Part shown: positions 1 to 6,072 of the stretch, piece after piece
Numbering within the stretch: the first letter of the stretch is position 1
Layout of the letters: the number at the start of each line of letters is the position of its first letter
NCBI GenBank assembly: GCA_015233405.1
Contig: JADFXT010000011.1
Coordinates: forward strand, 490-64,489
DNA: 64,000 nucleotides
Reading direction: 5' to 3'
DNA from: Candidatus Omnitrophota bacterium
Lineage (GTDB): Bacteria > Omnitrophota > Gorgyraeia > Zapsychrales > Zapsychraceae
Program-made: the position numbers and the translations under genes
Notes under the pieces: model-generated
Seen by the model: only the letters and a program-made list of their open reading frames with translations
What the model was told of the DNA's origin: nothing
Databases searched by the model: none

Positions 1-408
1 CCGCTGGTGCCGGCCGCCTTCAAAATCAGCCTCGAGCCACGTTTTAACAATCTTATGCAGATCTGCCTTTTTGGTAAACTTAGCGCCTAAAACGAGAATG
101 TTGGCATTATTATGCTCTCGAGACAAACGGGCCGCCTCGGCGTTATAACACAATGCAGCATATGCTCCCGGCACTTTATTAGCGGTAATGGCCTGGCCAA
201 TGCCTGTCATGCACACAAGAATACCCCGATGGTCCTTGGACTTTGCCACTTCGCGGGCGACGTTATAACCGATCAGAGGATAATCGCACGACTCTTTGTC
301 CGTCGAGGTTCCCATATCCACAACATCCAAACCTCGCTTCGTTAGGACCTTGATGATTTCTTGTTTAAGTTTAAACCCTCTGTGATCCGCGCCGATGAAT
401 ACTTTCAT
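1..408 (-). CDS. rpiB: ribose-5-phosphate isomerase B (RpiB/LacA family); 3' end runs off the window
   Basis: My reverse translation from the ATG at 406-408 gives MKVFIGADHRGFKLKQEIIKVLTKRGLDVVDMGTSTDKESCDYPLIGYNVAREVAK..., a typical RpiB N-terminus. The frame stays open to position 1. It is absent from the ORF track because no stop lies in the window. Confidence 0.85.
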   Translation of the reverse strand, partial: MKVFIGADHRGFKLKQEIIKVLTKRGLDVVDMGTSTDKESCDYPLIGYNVAREVAKSKDHRGILVCMTGIGQAITANKVPGAYAALCYNAEAARLSREHNNANILVLGAKFTKKADLHKIVKTWLEADFEGGRHQR

Positions 409-454
409 AGATGTACCTTTCTTAACACTTATCCCGAGCCTTATAGGCTTTGGG

Positions 455-502
455 ATGAACCATCGGGTTAAGGAATCCTAAAAAAACTGCCCGCTGGTTC
501 AA
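455..502 (-). repeat. 48-nt conserved stem-loop element, copy A, overlapping the TGA stop of the tsaC-phosphatase gene
   Basis: The minus strand reads TTGAACCAGCGGGCAGTTTTTTTAGGATTCCTTAACCCGATGGTTCAT. It is 41/48 identical to 1642-1689, with outer stem GAACCA/TGGTTC. Confidence 0.6.
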
Positions 503-1569
503 ATAATTTCAACGATCTTTTTCACTGCTTCTTTAATAACACCTAAACATTGCCGGTAGGATTCATGCGATGTGCCTATCGGATCCGGAATATCCAGGTC
601 TTCCTTCATACCTTCCGGTGAATGCACAAATTCTTTTAAAAGATAAATCCGCTGTTCAACCTCGGGAACACGCTCAAGGACTTGATGGCGATGCTCGCGG
701 GTCATGACAAAAATCAGGTCAGCTTTTTTGATCATCATGCCCGTCAAAGGCTGCGACTGATGCCCGGAGGCGTTCATCCCTTGTTCTTTCAAAACAGCGA
801 CAGTCTCCAAACTTGCTGCAGTATGAAAAAAGACCCCTGTTCCGGCGGACAACACTTCCACGTCTTCACGACCTTTGACCGCCTGCTTTAAAAGATATTC
901 CGCCATAACGGAGCGACAGCTATTTCCCGTACAAACAAAAAGGATCACCTTCTTTTTAACAAGCTTATCAATATCTTTTTGCGTTATGACCCCATCCCGT
1001 AAAACCTTAGGATGGTCAGAGCACAAATCCACAACCGTTGAGCCTTTGCCGATCTCAGATTTGCCACCGTCAATGGCCACCTCAACAAGCCCGTCTAAAT
1101 CCTTAAGCGCTTCCGCGCAGGTCGACGGAGGAGGATTGCCTTCAAAATTTGCCGACGGAGCAGCCACCGGGCATTGGGCTTCCTCGACCAAAGACAAGGC
1201 TATTTTATTGTCCGGCATGCGGATCCCAATTGTTTTGCCCGCTTCTTTAGCCGGAACTACCACCGTCAACGGCCCAGGCCAATAGACATCAATCAACTTA
1301 TAAAGGATCGTTTTATCAAACGAAGTGTAATTTGAAATCAACCTGTGGTGCGCGATCAAGATGGAGAACGGCTTGTCTTCTGAGCGTTTCTTAACTTCTC
1401 TGAGCCTGTTCATCGCTTGTGGATTCGAAAAATCTGCCGCTACGCCGTACACTGTCTCCGTCGGAAAAACAACAAGGCCGCCTTGTCGAATAATCTTGGC
1501 GCAATACCTGATGTCATGAATATCCGGTTCTTGAGGATGGAGTTTTATGACTTTTGTTCTCAATGCCAT
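499..1569 (-). CDS. tsaC: fusion protein: L-threonylcarbamoyladenylate synthase (TsaC/YwlC, YrdC domain) + low-molecular-weight protein phosphatase (YwlE-like)
   Basis: 356-aa ORF. The N-terminal ~205 aa is YrdC-like (GGLVVFPTETVYGVAAD). The C-terminal ~150 aa carries the LMW-PTP P-loop VCTGNSCRS (CX5R-S) and a DIPDPIG Asp loop. Confidence 0.8.
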   Translation of the reverse strand: MALRTKVIKLHPQEPDIHDIRYCAKIIRQGGLVVFPTETVYGVAADFSNPQAMNRLREVKKRSEDKPFSILIAHHRLISNYTSFDKTILYKLIDVYWPGPLTVVVPAKEAGKTIGIRMPDNKIALSLVEEAQCPVAAPSANFEGNPPPSTCAEALKDLDGLVEVAIDGGKSEIGKGSTVVDLCSDHPKVLRDGVITQKDIDKLVKKKVILFVCTGNSCRSVMAEYLLKQAVKGREDVEVLSAGTGVFFHTAASLETVAVLKEQGMNASGHQSQPLTGMMIKKADLIFVMTREHRHQVLERVPEVEQRIYLLKEFVHSPEGMKEDLDIPDPIGTSHESYRQCLGVIKEAVKKIVEII

Positions 1570-1641
1570 TAAAGGGCCTAGGGATTTTGATATCGTTTTC
1601 TGAACATCAGCGCGTCATGCTCAGCTCTAACCTGAATATCC

Positions 1642-1689
1642 ATGAACCCTCGGATTAAAGAAGCCCAAAAAAACTGCCCGCGGGTTCAA
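1642..1689 (-). repeat. 48-nt conserved stem-loop element, copy B, overlapping the TGA stop of purE
   Basis: The minus strand reads TTGAACCCGCGGGCAGTTTTTTTGGGCTTCTTTAATCCGAGGGTTCAT. The outer stem GAACCC/GGGTTC is a compensatory change relative to copy A. Confidence 0.6.
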
Positions 1690-2171
1690 TTTAGGCTGAT
1701 ATCAAGGATTTTCTGACGCTGTTTTTGTTTATACTCTTCCAACTTTTTAGCTATCTCAGAATTTTCTGTGCCTAAAATCCGTAATGCCAATAATGCCGCA
1801 TTCTGCGCACCTGGTTTGCCGATAGCAACGGCCCCGACCGGGACTCCCGGAGGCATTTGAACCGTCGACAATAAAGCATCCATTCCATTGAGAGATGTCG
1901 CGTCAATCGGAACTCCGATCACCGGAAGCGTTGTATGCGCGGCCACAACTCCTGATAAAGCCGCAGACGCACCCGCCCCACAAATAACGACCTTAAAACC
2001 TCTTTTCCTTAAATCTTCAGCATATTCCGCGGTTTCCTTCGGCGTGCGGTGAGCAGACAAGACCTTCATTTCATAGCCGACACCAAAATCTTTAAGGATG
2101 TTGGCCGTCTCTTCCATAATAGGCAAATCCGACTTGCTCCCCATCATCACAGCTACTTTAAGGTCAGACAT
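1686..2171 (-). CDS. purE: N5-carboxyaminoimidazole ribonucleotide mutase / AIR carboxylase PurE
   Basis: MSDLKVAVMMGSKSDLPIMEE...SAHRTP is a PurE signature. I moved the start to the ATG at 2171, which has AGGAGG 6 nt upstream. The longer track ORF overlaps purD. Confidence 0.9.
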   Translation of the reverse strand: MSDLKVAVMMGSKSDLPIMEETANILKDFGVGYEMKVLSAHRTPKETAEYAEDLRKRGFKVVICGAGASAALSGVVAAHTTLPVIGVPIDATSLNGMDALLSTVQMPPGVPVGAVAIGKPGAQNAALLALRILGTENSEIAKKLEEYKQKQRQKILDISLN

Positions 2172-2199
2172 AAAATCCTCCTGTCTTTTTAAGCAATAA

Positions 2200-3492
2200 C
2201 TAAAGCCGCCCCACCACGTTGGTCTTTCGTAGCGCCTTCGCGCCGATGTCCCGACGGAAAAAGCACCGGTCAAAATGGATCTTTTCGACCATCTCATAGG
2301 CGTTCTTAATAGCGTCCTCGACATCATTTCCTAAGCTGGTCACGCCCAAGACACGACCGCCAGAGGTTAAAATTTTCTCACCTTCTTTTTTAGTCCCGGC
2401 ATGAAAAACAAATCCGCGCGAATCATGGTCAAATTGTTCTAACCCCGTGATCTCTTTTCCTGTTTCATATTTTCCCGGATAACCTCCCGAACTCATCACG
2501 ACACACACGCAAGGCCTTTTATCCCAGATCAGCTCGACATCATTGAGTTGTCCTTCACAGCTACCGTGCATTAATTCAACAAGATCATTTTTTAAACGCG
2601 GGATGATCGCCTGAGTTTCCGGGTCTCCGAAGCGCGTATTAAATTCCAGGACCATCGGGCCCATCGCCGTCATCATAATCCCGGCGTATAAAATCCCTTT
2701 AAAAGGCGTTCCTTCTTCTCTCATACCGGCAATGACCGGCTCGATCACTCGTTTCTCAACCTCGTCGATAACCTGCAACGTTGCGATCGGCGCCGGAGAA
2801 TAAGCCCCCATCCCGCCGGTATTCGGCCCTAAATCATCATCAAAGATACGCTTATGGTCTTGGGCCGATTCTAAAACAACATAATTTTCCCCGTCGCTCA
2901 TAGCTAAGATCGAAACCTCTTCCCCCAGCAAACAATCTTCAATAATGATCTTATCGCCGGCTTCCTTAAAAATTCTTTCTTGCATGATCTGGTCTACGGC
3001 ACAGTTCGCCTCTTCAAGGGTTTTACAAATCACAACGCCTTTGCCGGCAGCCAGGCCATCGGCCTTGACCACCAGAGGAAACCGCGATCGCGTCAAAAAA
3101 TCCTTCGCGGACTTGCTATCGCTAAAAATACGAAACGGTGCCGTCGGAATTCCGTATTTATGCATGAATTCCTTGGCAAAAACCTTGCTGCCTTCCAATT
3201 GTGCTGCGGCCTTTGCCGGCCCAAAGATCTTAAGCCCTTCTTTTTCAAACACGTCCACGATCCCTAAGACCAAAGGCGCTTCCGGCCCGACGACGGTTAG
3301 ATCAATCTTTTTTTCTTTAGCAAACTTAAGTAACCCCGGAATATCTGTATCTTTAAGATCAACGCATTCCGCGATTTGTGCCATGCCGCCGTTGCCTGGC
3401 GCGCAATAAATCTTTTTGACCAAGGAGCTCTGTTTGATCTTCCATGTCAAGACATGTTCCCGCCCGCCGGAACCAATGATCAAGATTTTCAT
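2200..3492 (-). CDS. purD: phosphoribosylamine--glycine ligase
   Basis: 430 aa starting MKILIIGSGGREHVLTWK, ATP-grasp PurD throughout. Its start overlaps the purM stop as ATGA. Confidence 0.95.
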   Translation of the reverse strand: MKILIIGSGGREHVLTWKIKQSSLVKKIYCAPGNGGMAQIAECVDLKDTDIPGLLKFAKEKKIDLTVVGPEAPLVLGIVDVFEKEGLKIFGPAKAAAQLEGSKVFAKEFMHKYGIPTAPFRIFSDSKSAKDFLTRSRFPLVVKADGLAAGKGVVICKTLEEANCAVDQIMQERIFKEAGDKIIIEDCLLGEEVSILAMSDGENYVVLESAQDHKRIFDDDLGPNTGGMGAYSPAPIATLQVIDEVEKRVIEPVIAGMREEGTPFKGILYAGIMMTAMGPMVLEFNTRFGDPETQAIIPRLKNDLVELMHGSCEGQLNDVELIWDKRPCVCVVMSSGGYPGKYETGKEITGLEQFDHDSRGFVFHAGTKKEGEKILTSGGRVLGVTSLGNDVEDAIKNAYEMVEKIHFDRCFFRRDIGAKALRKTNVVGRL

Positions 3493-4487
3493 AGCAAGAT
3501 CCTCTCGCTTCGATGTTCTATGACTTCCCCAATAAGGTAATGCTTGATTTTCCCTTTTTGAAGATAGACTCGCACCGCCGGGACATCCGCCTTGGCAAAG
3601 ACCATCACAAGCCCAATTCCCATATTAAAAGTCCGATACATTTCTGCGTCGTTTATTTTACCTCTTTTTTGCATGATTTGAAAAATTTCCGGAACCGGCC
3701 AGGAATTTTTATAAATCGAGAAACATTTTCCCTGAGGCAGGATCTTCGTGAGTTTTTCATAATAGGCGCCGCCGGTAATATGCGCGATGCCATGAACATC
3801 AAATTTCTCTATAATAGGCAAAACATCTTTAACATAAATCCTTGTGGGTGCTAAAAGCTCCTTGGCGCGCGTCTTTTGTTCCTTTAAAGAAAAAACCTTT
3901 CGCACCAATGAATAGCCGTTCGAATGAATACCACTCGACGGTAATCCGATCATCTGGTCGCCAGTAGAAATCTTAACGCCGTTAATGATCTTACTTTTCT
4001 CAACAACACCGACGGTAAAACCAGCCAAGTCATAATCATCTTTCTTATACATCCCCGGCATTTCCGCGGTCTCTCCACCGATCAAACTGCAACCGGCTTG
4101 GTTGCATCCGTCCGTGATGCCTTTGACCACATCTTTTAAAATTTTAGGATCCAGTTTGCCGCAAGCGATATAATCCAAGAAAAATAACGGTTTGGCTCCG
4201 GCACATAAGACGTCGTTAACGTTCATCGCGACCAAGTCAATCCCAACGGTGTCATGGATTCCAGCGGCCTTGGCCACCAAAAGTTTTGTTCCCACGCCAT
4301 CCGTTGAAGAAACAAGCACCGGCTCTTTATAATTCTTAGCGTCCAATGCGAAGAGGCTTCCAAACGCCCCGCGAAATTTTAAAACATTCGGGCTTTCCGT
4401 GCTTTTCATATACCCTTGAATGCTGTCGACAAACACATTTGCCTTGGCAATATCCACACCGCTAGTTTTATAAGTCACTTTCTTCAT
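3489..4487 (-). CDS. purM: phosphoribosylformylglycinamidine cyclo-ligase (AIR synthetase)
   Basis: MKKVTYKTSGVDIAKAN...DGVGTK is a PurM pattern. I chose the start at the ATG at 4487 rather than the 33-codon upstream extension. Confidence 0.9.
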   Translation of the reverse strand: MKKVTYKTSGVDIAKANVFVDSIQGYMKSTESPNVLKFRGAFGSLFALDAKNYKEPVLVSSTDGVGTKLLVAKAAGIHDTVGIDLVAMNVNDVLCAGAKPLFFLDYIACGKLDPKILKDVVKGITDGCNQAGCSLIGGETAEMPGMYKKDDYDLAGFTVGVVEKSKIINGVKISTGDQMIGLPSSGIHSNGYSLVRKVFSLKEQKTRAKELLAPTRIYVKDVLPIIEKFDVHGIAHITGGAYYEKLTKILPQGKCFSIYKNSWPVPEIFQIMQKRGKINDAEMYRTFNMGIGLVMVFAKADVPAVRVYLQKGKIKHYLIGEVIEHRSERILL

Positions 4488-4489
4488 GA

Positions 4490-5317
4490 TTATCCTCGCA
4501 ATAAATGTTTCTTTACATACTCGACGCCGTTTTGGAAAATCTTTGCCCCATCGCCAAGGTCGCTGTTCTTCTCTAATCGCGTCCAAAACGGATGCTGGGT
4601 GAAAAGAAAATGGCGCTCGGGGTGCGGCATCAAGCCTAAAATGCGACCCGTCGTATCCGTAATCCCGGCGATATAATCAGTCGAACCATTCGGACACTCC
4701 GGATAAACCGGCTCTCTCCCGTCGGAAGAACAATACCTAAAGATGATTTGTTTATTTTCTTTTAATTTCCGTAACGTCTCGTCGTCTTTGGGGATAAATT
4801 TCCCTTCGGCATGCGCCACCGGAAAATAAACAAGATTCTTTAACCCTTCCGTCCACACACATGAGCCCTCCGCCTTTAAATGGACCCAGCGGTCCTCAAA
4901 TTTCCCCGAGTCATTATAAGTTAAAGTCGCATCCTGGACTACATCTTTCGGCGTGTTTTGGGTGAACGAAAATCCCGGTAAGAATCCGGCCTTCACTAAT
5001 ATCTGAAACCCGTTACAAATGCCGATGGCCAACTTTCCATCAGCCATAAATTGTTTAAATGCGCCTCCCAGATGCAAACGCAATTCATTCGCGAGAATGC
5101 GGCCTGAGGCGATGTCATCCCCATAGGTAAACCCGCCGGGAATGGCCAGAATGTGATAATTTCTTAAAGAAACTTCCCCGGACAGAAGCTTATTGATATG
5201 CACAAGCTCGACACTGGCGCCACAGCTTTGAAAAGCAAACGCCGTTTCGCGGTCGCAATTGGTCCCGGCACTGCGCAATATCAATACGTTAGCTTGTTGA
5301 GACGTCATTTTACTCAT
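4490..5317 (-). CDS. purQ: FGAM synthase glutamine amidotransferase subunit PurQ
   Basis: Contains the GICNGFQ nucleophile elbow and the HAEG and MPHPER motifs. The start is ambiguous between 5317 (MSKM) and 5308 (MTSQQ). Confidence 0.85.
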   Translation of the reverse strand: MSKMTSQQANVLILRSAGTNCDRETAFAFQSCGASVELVHINKLLSGEVSLRNYHILAIPGGFTYGDDIASGRILANELRLHLGGAFKQFMADGKLAIGICNGFQILVKAGFLPGFSFTQNTPKDVVQDATLTYNDSGKFEDRWVHLKAEGSCVWTEGLKNLVYFPVAHAEGKFIPKDDETLRKLKENKQIIFRYCSSDGREPVYPECPNGSTDYIAGITDTTGRILGLMPHPERHFLFTQHPFWTRLEKNSDLGDGAKIFQNGVEYVKKHLLRG

Positions 5318-6035
5318 CGATAGCCACAACCTCATTCATCACGATTCTTTTCTTTTTATAAAAATCTTTAATGACCTTAACCACATCTTCCGGCTTGTCG
5401 ACAACTTTAAAAATATCCAAGTCTTCCTCATTGATGTATTTTTCTTTGACTAAAACTGTTTGCTTGATCCACGCCATCAACCCCGCCCAATAGTCGCTGC
5501 CGAAAAAGACCACCGGAAATCCGGGAATACGCTTGGTCTGGATCAACGTCAAACTTTCAAAAAGCTCGTCGAAAGTTCCAAATCCGCCTGGAAAAATCAC
5601 GAAGGCCTTGGCATATTTTAGAAACATCACCTTCCGGCAAAAGAAATAATGGAAATTGATCATCTTGTTAATGTAGGGATTCGGCTTTTGCTCAAAAGGA
5701 AGTTCAATATTAAGCCCAACAGACAGTCCACCTGCACGACCAGCGCCTTTATTTCCAGCCTCCATGATGCCGGGCCCGCCACCGGTGATGATGGCATAGC
5801 CTTCTTTCGACAAAAGATACGCGGTTTTTTCCGCCATCTGGTAATGTTTATGCGCAGCCGGGGTTCGTGCCGAGCCGAAGATCGTGACCGCATCGCCAAT
5901 CTTAGAAAGAGAATCAAACCCTTCGACAAATTCCGCCATGATCCGGAAAACACGCCACGGATCCTCCATATAAAGATCTGAAACATATCTGTCTTCCCGT
6001 CGACGATTCATTTTAACGATCTTTTTCTTTGCCAT
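5310..6035 (-). CDS. LOG-family (TIGR00730-type) nucleotide 5'-monophosphate nucleosidase-like protein
   Basis: Contains the GGGPGIMEA and PGGFGTFDELFE motifs. The ATG at 6035 is preceded by GAGGTGG. Confidence 0.8.
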   Translation of the reverse strand: MAKKKIVKMNRRREDRYVSDLYMEDPWRVFRIMAEFVEGFDSLSKIGDAVTIFGSARTPAAHKHYQMAEKTAYLLSKEGYAIITGGGPGIMEAGNKGAGRAGGLSVGLNIELPFEQKPNPYINKMINFHYFFCRKVMFLKYAKAFVIFPGGFGTFDELFESLTLIQTKRIPGFPVVFFGSDYWAGLMAWIKQTVLVKEKYINEEDLDIFKVVDKPEDVVKVIKDFYKKKRIVMNEVVAIDE

Positions 6036-6072
6036 ATCCACCTCTTTTTAGGATAAAATTGAAAAAGAAAAA

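Noticed and set aside
875-1285. Antisense or alternative-frame ORFs inside recognisable genes (e.g. 875-1285, 2945-3409, 7603-7998, 17389-18009, 24566-25114, 28562-29101, 42063-42527, 52239-52655)
   Set aside because: Each lies entirely within, and opposite to or out of frame with, a gene that has strong family motifs. Their translations are low-complexity (S/R/P/L-rich) and lack SD sequences.
499-1689. SECIS element or programmed TGA read-through at the hairpins that start on the TGA stops (499-501 and 1686-1688)
   Set aside because: Read-through of copy A would add only 6 codons before a TAG. Both proteins already end at normal C-termini for their families. The hairpin has its T-run in the loop and lacks features I know from bacterial SECIS elements. 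A shared non-coding element is the simpler explanation.
1686-2327. Long N-terminal extensions given by the ORF track (purE 2327, purM 4586, comM 40118, rubredoxin 54250, hsp20 48160, DUF2148 42328, sHSP 45385, MerR 48490)
   Set aside because: The extensions overlap upstream genes or regulatory hairpins and have arginine-rich or odd composition. Internal ATGs with good SD sequences restore family-typical N-termini.
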